Shown here piece after piece: positions 34,674 to 46,600 of a stretch of DNA of 64,000 nucleotides. Both the position numbers and the translations under genes were made by a program. The notes below the pieces were generated by a model. The model did not search any database and was not told the origin of the DNA. It saw only the letters and a program-made list of their open reading frames with translations. Origin of the DNA: Naegleria gruberi (taxonomy: Eukaryota). The stretch is taken from NCBI GenBank assembly GCA_000004985.1, contig GG738929.1. One strand, written 5' to 3'. The stretch's first letter is position 1, and each line of letters opens with the position of its first letter.

Positions 34674-35657
34674 ATGGCACCAAAACAAAAAGCCAAACAA
34701 CAACAAGAAAAACCAAAGAAAATTGAAGTGGACAATCATTCATCATCGGATGATGACTCTGATAGTAGTGATGATGAAATGGTGACGATCAATCCTAAAC
34801 AATATGCTAACAAAATAATTTCTATGGAATATAAATTAAAAGGATCTTCAAATCCACAATATATGTTTTATAGGCTTCATAATGGTCAATTACCTTCTTC
34901 ATCATCAGGGGATAAAATTGATAGAACAAGAGGACATGTTTTATTCTGTACAAATCCATCACCTTTTTTAACAGAAAATTCAATTTCCGAACTCTTTTCT
35001 AAAACCTTTGATACAGAAATTGGACATGTAGTGATGAGTCATTTGGAACCAACATTGGCCAATCAACAAGATAACAAAGCATGGTTGGAATATCAATCCC
35101 CATTTTCAATGTACAAAGATTCACCACAACTTAAAAGTGGAACTTATCACTTGATGTTAAACAAGGCATCAGCTGTGAAATCTGCTTTAGATAAACCAAC
35201 TATCAAAACTTCACATCAAGTTGAACCATCTAATTTTGGTATTGAAAAGTATTTAAATGATTATCAACAAATTCAATTCCCATCCGGTAAGAATGAAAGA
35301 CAAGATATTAAAGCAGAACTTAATCAATATTTGAAGGAATTTGATATCAAGGAAAAGGAAAGAATGAGAGTTATCAATACTTTGAGAGGTAAGGTAGATG
35401 AAAAAGGTTGGACTAAAGTTTTCCACAGAGGTAATCAAGGTCCAATTCATGCATCTGAATTGAAACAAAAGAAGAAAGTCAAAAAGAATAATGTAAAGAT
35501 TAAGCATCAATTGGATTTACCATTCTACAAGTTCCAAAAGGTTGAAAAGAAGAAGAAGGCCTTTGAGGATTTGAGAGAACAATTCGAAAAGGACAGGGAA
35601 CTCATTGAAAGAATGAAGAGACAAAAGAAATTTGAATCCATAGGTACAACTCAATAA
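34674..35657 (+). CDS. RRP7: Rrp7-like ribosomal RNA processing protein
   Basis: The C-terminal block LPFYKFQKVEKKKKAFEDLREQFEKDRELIERMKRQKKF matches the Rrp7 C-terminus. The ATG is at 34674. Confidence 0.65.
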   Translation: MAPKQKAKQQQEKPKKIEVDNHSSSDDDSDSSDDEMVTINPKQYANKIISMEYKLKGSSNPQYMFYRLHNGQLPSSSSGDKIDRTRGHVLFCTNPSPFLTENSISELFSKTFDTEIGHVVMSHLEPTLANQQDNKAWLEYQSPFSMYKDSPQLKSGTYHLMLNKASAVKSALDKPTIKTSHQVEPSNFGIEKYLNDYQQIQFPSGKNERQDIKAELNQYLKEFDIKEKERMRVINTLRGKVDEKGWTKVFHRGNQGPIHASELKQKKKVKKNNVKIKHQLDLPFYKFQKVEKKKKAFEDLREQFEKDRELIERMKRQKKFESIGTTQ

Positions 35658-36003
35658 ATTATTACAACAACCATATTATCTTCTTTGAATTTCATTTATT
35701 TTGCATTTCTTCAATAATTATCGTTACTAGTATATTTCTTCTTACAAGAACAAGACACTTGTGAAATATGTACTCGTAGTCAATAGATACGTTTAATCCT
35801 CTCCAATTCAGAGAATAATTCACTCATGTTCAGTGTCTTGTTCAATGATGATTGTTTTCATCATCTCCTCAATTCAACAGCCAAAGAAAAGGAATTTCAT
35901 ATTAGAAGCTCCGTGTCGTTTTCTGCTTCACCACTTGATTTTTCGAAAACAAATAGAAGCTGAAAATAGAACACTAAAAATTTTAATATCAAACTGTAAA
36001 AAA

Positions 36004-37571
36004 ATGTCCTATGTAGAGTAAGTAGTCAAAATCATCGGCATCGGGAGATGTTAATTTTATCATTATATAACTATCGGATAGTTTTGTTACCCCAGCTATT
36101 GAACATGCTAGACAAGCAGCTGAGAAGGATGAAGCTAAAAGTTATGATGAAGCACAACGTCTTTATTTAAAATCGATAGACTTTTTCATGACTGCTATTA
36201 AACGTACGTTTTTTTTGTATTCAAGATTTATATTAAATCATATGATGATCAATTAATAGATGAGACTAAAAATCCAAAAAAGAAGGACATGTTGAAACAA
36301 AAAGTTGAGGAATTGATGGGTAGAGCTGAACAAATTAAAACATTCTTGAAAGAAAAATCAGAAATAGAGAAGGGTGACGCTGATACTTCGAATGGTGGAT
36401 CACCTGCTGGTGGATCAGTATCTAAAGCAAAGTAAGTATTGTTTTTGTAATATATTCATGATCATGATGATGAAATAGATCAAAGAAGGAAAAAAAAGAA
36501 GAGGATGAAAAACAACAATTGATGGGACAATTGGAAGGAGCTATTGTAAAAGAAAAACCAAATGTAAAATGGGAAGATGTTGCAGGTCTTGAAGGAGCTA
36601 AAGAAGCTCTCAAGGAAGCAGTTATTTTACCACTTAAATTCCCACAACTTTTTACAGGAAAGAGAACTCCATGGAAAGGTATTTTACTTTATGGACCACC
36701 TGGTACTGTAAGTAGTCATCATAATAGTAGTTATTTGATACATCTTTTTTATAATTCTTCAAATCATTAACAACAGGGTAAAAGTTATTTAGCTAAAGCA
36801 GTTGCAACAGAAGCTAATTCAACATTCTTTTCTGTTTCAGCTTCTGATCTTGTCAGTAAATGGCAAGGTGAATCAGAAAAATTAGTTCGTTCATTATTTG
36901 ACATGGCCAGACAAAACAAACCAAGTATAATTTTCGTTGATGAAATTGATAGTATGTGTAGTTCTAGAGGAGAAGGAGATAATGATAGTACTCGTAGAAT
37001 TAAAACTGAATTCCTTGTTCAAATGCAAGGTGTGGGTAAGGATGACAGTGGAGTTTTGGTTTTGGCAGCTACAAATATTCCATGGGGACTTGATCCTGCC
37101 ATTAGAAGAAGATTTGAAAGACGTATTTATATTCCATTGCCAGATCTTCCAGCTAGAGTTGCAATGCTCAAGATTCACATTGGCAAAACACCAAATACTC
37201 TGAAAAAAGAAGATTTTGATGAATTAGCCAATTTAACTGACGGATATTCTGGTTCAGATATTTCTGTACTTGTAAGAAATGCACTTATGGAACCTGTTCG
37301 TACTTGTCAAATTGCAACACATTTCAAAGTTGTGTCTGGAACATGCCATTTAACAGGTCAAACTTGTGATGACATGTTGACACCATGTTCTCCTGGTGAT
37401 TCATCTGCTATTGAAATGAGTTTAATTGATGTTCCTTCAGACAAATTATTACCTCCAGATGTATCAAAGAGAGATTTTATTAAGGCCCTTCGTACAGCAA
37501 GACCATCTGTTTCTAAGGATGACTTGCATGCTTACGACAAATTCACCAACGATTTTGGTCAAGAATGTTAA
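36004..37571 (+). CDS. VPS4: Vps4/SKD1 AAA-ATPase (MIT domain plus AAA core). Exons are 36004..36017, 36080..36201, 36260..36431, 36479..36707 and 36777..37571.
   Basis: The MIT helix reads [46 protein letters not shown]. The Walker A loop GPPGTG|KSYLAKAVA is split by intron 4. Walker B (IIFVDEIDS), the second region of homology and the Vps4 C-terminal domain follow. All four introns begin GTAAGT or GTACGT and end in AG. Confidence 0.9.
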
Positions 37572-37636
37572 TTCTCGTTGGTTAGATTGTACAATTATTT
37601 TGTAAAATTAAAATATAATTATATTATTAAATAATT

Positions 37637-39589
37637 TTATTTCGAATATTCCTTTTCAATAAAACTAATAATTTTCTTTGCTTGTTTCTTATCCATTCCA
37701 TTTTCAATACCTTCCAAAGAACCATGATGAGCTCTATAAGCTGAAAGATATTCCTTAATATTTGCATCGGTGAGATCTGATGGAATTTGAGGTGCTGGAC
37801 CTTTCTTTTCAGGTGTTGCAGGAGCAGTCTTTGTATCTTCTTTAACTGGTACGAATGTATGAGGTTCTTCTTGGAAGAGTGGGTGTTTGCTGAAATCTTG
37901 TTCAGCAGCGTCCTTCTTACCTGCTGCTGCCTTTTTTGGTTTGGCGATCTTTGGCTTTTTAGCAATCTTCTTGGCTGGTCTCTTCTTGATGGCCTTCTTT
38001 TTCTTAATGATTGCCTTCTTAGGTTTCTTGTTTGCCTTAATAGGATGCTTATTCGAAACTTTCTTATTGTCTTTCTTAGGTTCTGGTTTCTTTTCAGCTT
38101 CCTTTGGTTGTTCCTTCTTTGGTTCCTCTTTTGGCAGTTCATAAGGATGTGGATCATCTTGGAAAAGTGGATGAGTGGCAAGGAGAGTAGCATCATCTAA
38201 TTCCTTCTTTGGTTCCTTTGCTTTTTTGACTGGTTTCTTTTTAATTTGCTTCTTTTTCTTTGGAAGTTTCTTTTCCTTTTTCTTCTTTTCAATTGATTTC
38301 TTCTTTGGAGCTTTAACAATTGGTTTTTCAGAAGAAATCTTTGTTTCTTCTTTTGTCTTTTCCAATGGTTTCTTTGGAGTTTCAGCTTGTTTTGTTGGCT
38401 TCTCAGATTCTTCCTCTTCAATTGATTCAGGTTTTACATCTTTCACCAAATCATCTTCAGGTTTTGGATTTTCAACTTTCTTTTCCTCAACATTTGGTTT
38501 CATTTCATTTTCCTTTGGTTGTTCTTGAACTTTCTTTTCAGTTTCCTTTGGTTGTTCTTTCAATGGTTCTTGAACTATTTTCTCCTTTTCTTCAGGGGCA
38601 GGAGTATTTGGTTTGTTATCAACCTTCTTCTCAACCACAACTTCTGGTTCAGAAAGTTTCTTTTCCTCTTTTGGAATTTCAACTGACTTTTCCTTCTTCT
38701 TTTCCAATTTTTGATTCTTTGGTTGATCTTTCTTTGGTGTAAATGGTTCTGGATCTAATTGTAAAAGTGGATGATTTTTCAAATCTTCATCAAGTGTTGT
38801 TGGTTTCTTCTTTTTTGGTTTCTTTTCATCGATGAGTTTCAAATACTTTTCAATGACTTCATCATGTTTTGCCTTCTTTTCTTGTCCTTGATAAACAATT
38901 TGCTTTTTTCTCACAATTTGGGGAATTTTCTTTTTTGGTTGAATTTTCTTTTTAATTTCCTTCTTTTCCTTTTTTTTAGGTTTTTTATCTTCTCTCAACA
39001 ATTCATCTAAACTCTTTTCATCAATTAATTCTTCATCCTCTTTCTTTGATTTCTTTTTCTTTACTTGCAAAATTCCATTTTTCTTTTCTTTTTCAAGAAT
39101 TTCATGTTTTTTAACATTTTCACTCTTTACAACATTATGAACATTTGCAGCACCTGAATTCTTTTCATGATGATTCAAATCAGAATTTGGTGTTGTTGGA
39201 TTTACGAGGGTGGTGGCTCTTCTCTTCTGTTGCATCATCACCACCACTAGAAAATATAAACTTGCCAATAAGAAAATTAAAATCAACAAAGTTATCAAAG
39301 TTCTTCTCATACTTCCAAAACAAGTTGAAAATAGAGAAGATTGCTTCTTTCTGAATTGATACTTGTTTTTTAAATCATCAACATCTTGTGTTTGTTTTTG
39401 TCTAGGAGTTGTTGATTGATGTAAACTGTTACTTTCAATGTCATCGTTGGAATGATTGCTGGCAGATGAATGACCTCTTCCTCTCATTGTATGTCCATAG
39501 GAAGGAATATATTCTATTGATGAATCATTTTGATCCGGGGGTGTAATTGTTGATGATTGATGTGTGGCAGGTGTTGAAGGTGTAAACAT
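37637..39589 (-). CDS. K/E/P-rich single-pass (type II-like) membrane protein with three conserved HPL(F/L)Q-(D/E)P-P motifs
   Basis: The ATG is at 39589. One transmembrane helix is present (LITLLILIFLLASLYFLVVVMM). The lysine-rich repetitive body carries HPLLQLDPEPFTP, HPLFQDDPHPYELP and HPLFQEEPHTFVP. The plus-strand ORFs in this span are periodicity artefacts. Confidence 0.55.
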   Translation of the reverse strand: MFTPSTPATHQSSTITPPDQNDSSIEYIPSYGHTMRGRGHSSASNHSNDDIESNSLHQSTTPRQKQTQDVDDLKNKYQFRKKQSSLFSTCFGSMRRTLITLLILIFLLASLYFLVVVMMQQKRRATTLVNPTTPNSDLNHHEKNSGAANVHNVVKSENVKKHEILEKEKKNGILQVKKKKSKKEDEELIDEKSLDELLREDKKPKKKEKKEIKKKIQPKKKIPQIVRKKQIVYQGQEKKAKHDEVIEKYLKLIDEKKPKKKKPTTLDEDLKNHPLLQLDPEPFTPKKDQPKNQKLEKKKEKSVEIPKEEKKLSEPEVVVEKKVDNKPNTPAPEEKEKIVQEPLKEQPKETEKKVQEQPKENEMKPNVEEKKVENPKPEDDLVKDVKPESIEEEESEKPTKQAETPKKPLEKTKEETKISSEKPIVKAPKKKSIEKKKKEKKLPKKKKQIKKKPVKKAKEPKKELDDATLLATHPLFQDDPHPYELPKEEPKKEQPKEAEKKPEPKKDNKKVSNKHPIKANKKPKKAIIKKKKAIKKRPAKKIAKKPKIAKPKKAAAGKKDAAEQDFSKHPLFQEEPHTFVPVKEDTKTAPATPEKKGPAPQIPSDLTDANIKEYLSAYRAHHGSLEGIENGMDKKQAKKIISFIEKEYSK

Positions 39590-40040
39590 TTTTTTTAAAA
39601 ATGACTAGATGGGTGACAGACATTTTTGATCTTATGCTGACTCACAGTCTTATGTGTTAATGGTGGTGAGGTATTAATAATAATGCATTGAATAAAGTGT
39701 TTCTCTGATTATAATTTTTATTAGAAAGTTCCATATTTGGTTCATTGAGGTAAAAATATTGTAATAGAAAAATAATTTGAATCATTATCTATTATCCTTA
39801 TATTTTGAAATTGAATTTCAATAATTAATATTTCACTTTCCTCTTTTTATTTGAGATGCGTAACGTTAAATAATGATATTATTCAGTAGTTAAGCAATTT
39901 ATTGGTGATCTGAATTCAACCACATACATGGATATTGCTAAAATCGATTAAATATAACTTAACCGAGCTAATATTTCAATTATTATTAGAAAACTCGCAA
40001 TTTCCTTACATAGCTCTCAATGTAAGGAACATCGATAATG

Positions 40041-40508
40041 TCAGGTTGTTCTAAGGAGTGGTAAATTTTTAGATTTCATATCTGGTTTGATGTCATTTAT
40101 AATATCCAAGTGAAGTCGAGTAATTGCACTCAGCAAGTAGAGGGAGAGATTCATTCGAGTTTGATAATCAAACTTTTCGAATATGGAACTAGTATTAAGG
40201 GTGAAATTGAACTTTTTTGTAATTATTTCACTCCATGTTGATGCAGAGCTAGAAAATTCTACTCGGAAATAAGGAGGAATGAGATTTGCAAGCTCTTTTT
40301 GATAAATAAATTGAAAACATTGATATTCTCTTTCTAAATCTCTTGGAAGTTTTAAAATATATAATTCGGAATGATTTGTTTCTTGTTGTAGTGAAATTTC
40401 ATACAAATTTACTTCTAAACATTTAAGAATTGTTATTTGACAATTTGTTGTATTGTTTGATGCTAAATTATTGTTATTCCACTTCCTATTGATTTTCAAT
40501 GATTTCAT
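40041..40508 (-). CDS. Hypothetical 155-aa ORF that begins 5 nt downstream of the ITFG1-like stop
   Basis: A real ATG is at 40508 and the sequence is non-repetitive. It is suspiciously close to the upstream gene and may lie in that gene's 3'UTR. Confidence 0.3.
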   Translation of the reverse strand: MKSLKINRKWNNNNLASNNTTNCQITILKCLEVNLYEISLQQETNHSELYILKLPRDLEREYQCFQFIYQKELANLIPPYFRVEFSSSASTWSEIITKKFNFTLNTSSIFEKFDYQTRMNLSLYLLSAITRLHLDIINDIKPDMKSKNLPLLRTT

Positions 40509-40513
40509 TTTTT

Positions 40514-42706
40514 TTATTTTTGGAAACGATCAATCTTTCTGTGATAGAATGGATCGTTCAATTGAATGTATGTTGAAAGGTACAATAATCCAACAATAAC
40601 GAAAAGTGAGACAATAAGGAAGGTCAAAACTGACATGCCGGTGTGAACTCTAGTAATATAAGCATAAATGCCTTGCTTGGTGGAAACAACAATATCCAAA
40701 ATATTATCACCATTAATGTCAACAAGTTGAATTGGAGAAATAGAAGGATGAGGGAGTTCAATAATTTGTTGAACGTTACCAAACAAATCAACAATAGTAA
40801 TTCTCTTTTCACCAACAGCAACAACGAATGAGTGAGTTTCAAACTTTCTGAGTGGGAAAGCAACAATTTCAGGGAAAAATGATTCAGTTTCAGCACCAGA
40901 TTCAACCAAAACTCTTTCTCTTCTGAAAGAGGATGGTGTCATGACTTGCCATTTAACTCTGAATTTTGGTTCACCATTAACGCTATTCTTTCTATCAAAA
41001 GTAATTGCAGTAACCAAACCAGTTGATGTCAAATAAACTAAATCTCTAGCTCTGTGTTGTGGCTTTTGTTCAGCAGAATAATGTTCAATAATAGCTGGTG
41101 TGACTACATCCATTTGCTCATCCTCGTATTCTTCATCATCATCAAAGCTTTGTCTCTCTTGTTGTTCATTTGACATTAAGAATGGAATGGAGAATTGTTC
41201 AATGAAAGAAGATGGATGAAGTTTACAGACAGACTTTCTGAAAAGAGTATCATATGGATTTGGAGCTCCACTTTCAACTCTGGCCTTACAAACTTGAGCT
41301 TCAGCAGCATCAATCATACCATCAAAGTTAATATCTTGATAGTAGGTGTTTTCCTTCAATGGTGAAAATTGAGTTAAAGTTCTACCGGTATACAAGTGAA
41401 TAACTTGAATACCCTTTGAAAGATGGGCAACCATAACGTTTGGAATCTTTTCAAACTTCTTCATCAATTCAATATTCTTCTTCAATTTTTCATTGGTATC
41501 CTTAGTCTTAGTTGTAACAGTTTGAATGGTACTCTTAACCTTTTCTCCAATATCACCATAATCTTGTTTTTCAGCTCTTTCTTGAATCTTTGAAACCTTA
41601 GCTTTCTTTGTTGGTTGGAAATTGTCCAAAATAACAGAGGTATCATATGGGTGACGATAAACATGAGGTAAATGATGCATAATCTTCTTCTTATATTCTC
41701 TCCATATAACTTCACCAGAGTCACTTAAATGTTGTTGAGCATTCAATTTGAAAGAATGTTGTTCATAAAATTCATTATCATCCCAACTCTTAGCATTAGA
41801 TTGATGCTTCCAACGAAGTTGACCTGTAGCTCCATCAAGACAGAAATATGTGATTTGAGTAGCTGTTTCTTCAGTTCTCTTGGTGCTATCATTATCAAAC
41901 ATTTCTTGAGGTTTACGGAAACCAATAATAACCATTCCTTCATCATTTTCATGAACTCTCCAAGGATAAACAGCAACAAAAACTTCAAATGGTTTGAAAT
42001 CATTTCTCAAATCTTCCATTTCCACATCAGTAAGCTTCATTTCAGAAACAACATGTTGCAAAAGATCAGATTCCCATTGTAAATTCAAATCAGGATCAAG
42101 ACATAAAACTTTCCAATTTGAAAGAACAGCAGCAATTCTCTTTGTTCCTCTTTGTCCTTTCTTTTTCTTTACTTTAATATGACCATGTCCGAGACCAATA
42201 ATCGAATGATGAACAGTTCCTTTGTTTTTGTCCTTTTCATTAACATCAAATGATTTCTATTATTTGTAAAAATAAATAATATTAATATTAAATAAAATTG
42301 ATCATCATCATTCCTAAAAAACATACTTCTTCAGTGATTGGATTAAACATGTCTTGATGAACCAAAAGAGAGGATGAAATAGTTTTTAAGGAAACTATAG
42401 AAATTCTACCATTATCATTACTCGTTATTAAATCCTTTGATCCATCTCCATCAATATCAGTGATAATAGGCTTTGGACTAAAACGATCAAACAAGTATCA
42501 AATTTGATGACGACGATTATATTTCGGAAGGCTTTAAAAAAAACTTACACTAAATCCACTTGTCCTGTTTTTAATAAAAGTGGTTGTTGATTTGTTGTTT
42601 GTGAGAAAAAGAAAGCCTTTTCAATGGTTACACTTCCCTCTTGGTTCAAAGCAACCACCAAGAGAAGGCAAACCAATGCGAACATTGCAAAGTCACGTTT
42701 TCGCAT
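40514..42706 (-). CDS. FG-GAP repeat (integrin-alpha-like) type I membrane protein, ITFG1/TIP-like. Exons are 42549..42706, 42327..42477 and 40514..42256.
   Basis: The signal-peptide exon encodes MRKRDFAMFALVCLLLVVAL. DIDGDGSKDLI and DINGDNILDIVV are FG-GAP/Ca-binding motifs. A transmembrane helix sits near the C-terminus, followed by a short tail. The introns are 71 and 70 nt (GTAAGT, GTATGT; TTTTAG, AATAG) and keep the frame. Confidence 0.7.
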
Positions 42707-42868
42707 TTTTTAATTAATCCAAAAAAAAGATCAAATTGTGTGTGATGTAAGCAAAATTTTCGTCATACTATTCTCTAGTAAAATTTAGGAGAAGTAGTTA
42801 ATGACGATCATCTGTTGGAACAAATTGAACGAGATTTAAAATCTTGTAATATCAAGTGAGAGTACTAA

Positions 42869-43357
42869 CTAGGGTGTTTGTTTATTGTGTTCAGCTTGTT
42901 GTTCATTCCTTACATCATTGATGGTTCTATGCTCGGAATGCTTAGTATGCAAATCATCTTTTTGTGAAGAGGCAAGAGAAGCAGCCCTCTGTTCCTCCTC
43001 CTTATTAATTTTCATCATTTTGTTATATTCTTCCTTTAATGCATCAGGGAAAGCTCCACTGTTCGATTCTTGTTCGGAAACTGAGTAACCCATTGTTGTT
43101 GATGCTCTCTGACTATTCTCTGTGGCTCCTTTTCCACTTGTATTGGTGGTACTAGAAGAAGAAGAAGAATTGGTGTTTGCACTTTTACCCTTAGCATTGG
43201 ATTTCTCGACGGAATCTCTATTCTCTTGTGGGAGGGCTTCTTTAGGTTTGTTCAAATCACCTCTTATGATACCAAGATTAGTGGAGAAACTTTTGAAGGA
43301 AGCTTGATTGAGAGGAACCTTTCGGAGGAAAAGGTTTGAGAATTGTTTGATTTTCAT
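42869..43357 (-). CDS. Small S/T-rich hypothetical protein, 162 aa
   Basis: The ATG is at 43357. No domain recognised. Confidence 0.35.
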   Translation of the reverse strand: MKIKQFSNLFLRKVPLNQASFKSFSTNLGIIRGDLNKPKEALPQENRDSVEKSNAKGKSANTNSSSSSSTTNTSGKGATENSQRASTTMGYSVSEQESNSGAFPDALKEEYNKMMKINKEEEQRAASLASSQKDDLHTKHSEHRTINDVRNEQQAEHNKQTP

Positions 43358-43641
43358 TTTGTTTTAATGGTAATAATGTTCAATCAGAATTCTGTAATAC
43401 TTAATGTCTGATCCTATTCATGCTAAAATGTATATTTTCCTTTTAGGAAGAATCCTAAATTGTTTAATCCAAGAATGTTTAACTTTCATATAGAAAACCA
43501 CTTTGCATATTTGATTTTAGGTTTAAATTGAAATCTCTTCTTCAATAATAATGTGATGTGAGTTTACTCTAATTTGTACTTACTAGGTGATATTACATTC
43601 AAGATTTCATAATGGATATAAAGTTATTAGATTTCAATAAT

Positions 43642-46600
43642 TTATTGAGCTTCAACTTGACCGCCTAAACATTTAATCAAATAATCAATCATTGAGAAAC
43701 TACTCATTTCTTCTACTAGAAGATTTGAATTCAATTCCTTCAATCGATTTGTTGCTTGTTTCAAATGAATAACAGATTCAGAATATTTGCTTGAATCTTT
43801 CTTTCCGCTTTGGAGTGTTTCTTTTGCCCATTGAGAAAGAGGATACATTCCATCATCACTCTTATCATTCTCAGTAACATTAGAAAGGAAATTGTCAAAT
43901 GATGTTTCTTCTACTTTACCATAGAGATTAGGATAATTTGTCTTTAAGTGATTTAGTAACTCTTCGTGAGTTGGTGGATTAGTATTGCAAATGTGAATAA
44001 TTTCCAAATCAAATAATTTGAATCGAGTGGAATTGACAATGATTTTGCTTACAAAGTCAACATTCACCAAGTTTCTAACAATTTCTAAATTTGGAGTACT
44101 GTTAGTTCTCTTAATTGATTTTAACATTCTTTCCAATAGAAAACCTTTTGGCATTTCACCTGTTTCATTTCCAATAATTAAACCAGGTCTCACAATCAAT
44201 ATTGGTAATCCCAAAATGTCTTTGGCTTGTTTCAACAAACACTCGGATGCAAATTTCGTTTGAGGATATCCGAATGTGAGATTCATTTCTGATAGTGTTG
44301 AAATCCTCTCTATTGGTTGACCTGAATCCTTATCCAAAGGTGCAGCAGATATTGAACTAACATATAGCAATGGCTTGACCCTACTCTGAAATGAAAACTC
44401 AATCATTCGTCTTGTTCCATCAACATTCGATTCTTTCAAAGATGAAAATGGTTGAATAAAATTCACAACAGAACCACCATGATAGACAACATCAACATTC
44501 CGAGCCAATTCATCATAGGTTGCTCTGTCCATTCCAAATAAATCCAAGCCAACATCTCCAACAAGTACTTGAACTCTGCTAATATATTCATTCTTCCAAA
44601 GTGAATACTTTTTCATGTTATCTATTAATCTCTTAGTTGCATGATCAATACTATTACCTCTACAAATACAATAGACCATTTTCAATTCTTGTAATTCTAA
44701 TAAATCTCTTAATAGGAAGGCACCCAGAAATCCAGTAGATCCAGTTAAGAGAACTTGTTCATGAATGAGTGGTTGACTGGAAGAAATACTTTGTGGAAGG
44801 GATTCCTTTGATTTTTCCAAATATTTCATTATTTCTTCATTGACAACAGGTGTTAATAATTCAGATTGATTGATTGCCTCAATGAGTTTCTTTGGAGTGT
44901 TCATCTTGTATACTTCATCAACACTCAGTTGAACATTGAATTCATTCTTGATATAATTTCTTAATTTGATCAATGAAATTGAATCTAATCCAATATTAGT
45001 AAGTGATGTATTCAGTTCAATTGCATTTTCCTCGTTTATAAATATTTGCTTATTCATAAATTCGAGAAATTGTGAAGGTTCTGCAATTTTAGAAGCTTTC
45101 TTACTTGATTGAGGTTTCTTTACCATAATATTTTCATTCTCATTAGCAGAGGATGAAACATTGTAAAGTGAATCAATAATATTCTTGAATACTTGTTCAG
45201 TTTTAGATCTAGAAACAAGTCCTTTCAAACTACTGGTTGGAATACTATCATTGGTTAGCAATATAAAATCCACAATTCTAGAATGGAATGGAAGTCTATT
45301 ATTCATTTCAATAATTTGCTCACTAATCTTTTCCTTAATATTATTAGGTTTCTTTTTAGGATCAATTTCAATCAATGCCACACAGAAAGGTCTATTATGA
45401 CCAATGACAGCACTTCTAACAACGGATCCATCAAATGAATCAATTTCATTCTCAATTGGTACTGGATTAGTCATTTCACCATTAGTATGACAAAGAATAT
45501 TATCAGATCGGGTATTATAGAAATAGTGATCTTTAGGATACTCAAAAAATAAATCATGAGTACAGAATATACCATCTACCCAAAACTTTGTATTATTAAT
45601 GGACATGTAATCCAATGCACATGTTGGGCAACCCTTCTTTAGATTCAATAAATAACACTTTTCCATTTCATAAGGTTGCCAAACAATGTACTTTTCTGGA
45701 ATGACACATTTCATTGATTTGAATGCGCCAGTGAACGGATCAGCTGCCATTACAACACCTACCTCACTCATTCCATATCCATTTGTTATGTTAATTCTAT
45801 GATCTTGGCAATAATTGATGAGATGATTTGGAGTAGAAACTCCACCAAGAGCCACAACCAGACATTCAGATAATAGTTTAGTCTTTTCCTCTGATTCCAT
45901 TATTTCTTCCAATAAAATTGGAAATACAATGGCTCTAGTGGATGGTAAATGTTCCTTATGGCTCAACAATACCTGACTGAGTGTTTGAGAAATACTTTGT
46001 CTAGTTGTCTGATTAAACATTATATAATTAGTACCCTTGTAGAGACAACCCAACAAGTTATATAATCCCATTAAGTGAAATAATGGTAGAAAGTTGATAA
46101 CATATTGTTGACTTGTCGTTCCAATGGATTGTGAATAGTGAAGACTTGACATTAGTGATCTCATATTGTGAATTACTATTTTAGGAATATTAGTACTACC
46201 TGAAGTGTTCAAATAAAAGCATGGATCTTCAAATTTGAATGGTAATTTCAGTGCTTGTTTCAAATCTTCATCACTGATTGTAGTATCTAATTGATCTTTG
46301 ATAGCTGAAATAATGTCGAATGGTTTCAGATAGGAAGAATATTCATGTTTCTCATAATCTTTCAATTGTTGTGAAATGTCTGATGTGATCATGTATTTAT
46401 CGGCTGTTTTAAAGAATGTATCCATACTCTCCTTATCACTTGCTTTAATCATTGAATCTAGAATCTGGGGAGATAAACTAACATATTTCACATTTCCCAA
46501 TTCGAGTAGTTTTGAAATAATTCCAGGAGTCAATTTGTTATTGACTGGAAAATTAATACAACCCAAAGTCCATAATGCAAACAGTAATACAGAGTAGACT

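Noticed and set aside
37787-39354. Plus-strand ORFs (F/L/S/C-rich) overlapping the K-rich membrane protein gene
   Set aside because: They are antisense artefacts of the AAG/AAA-rich coding strand, and their translations are homopolymeric.
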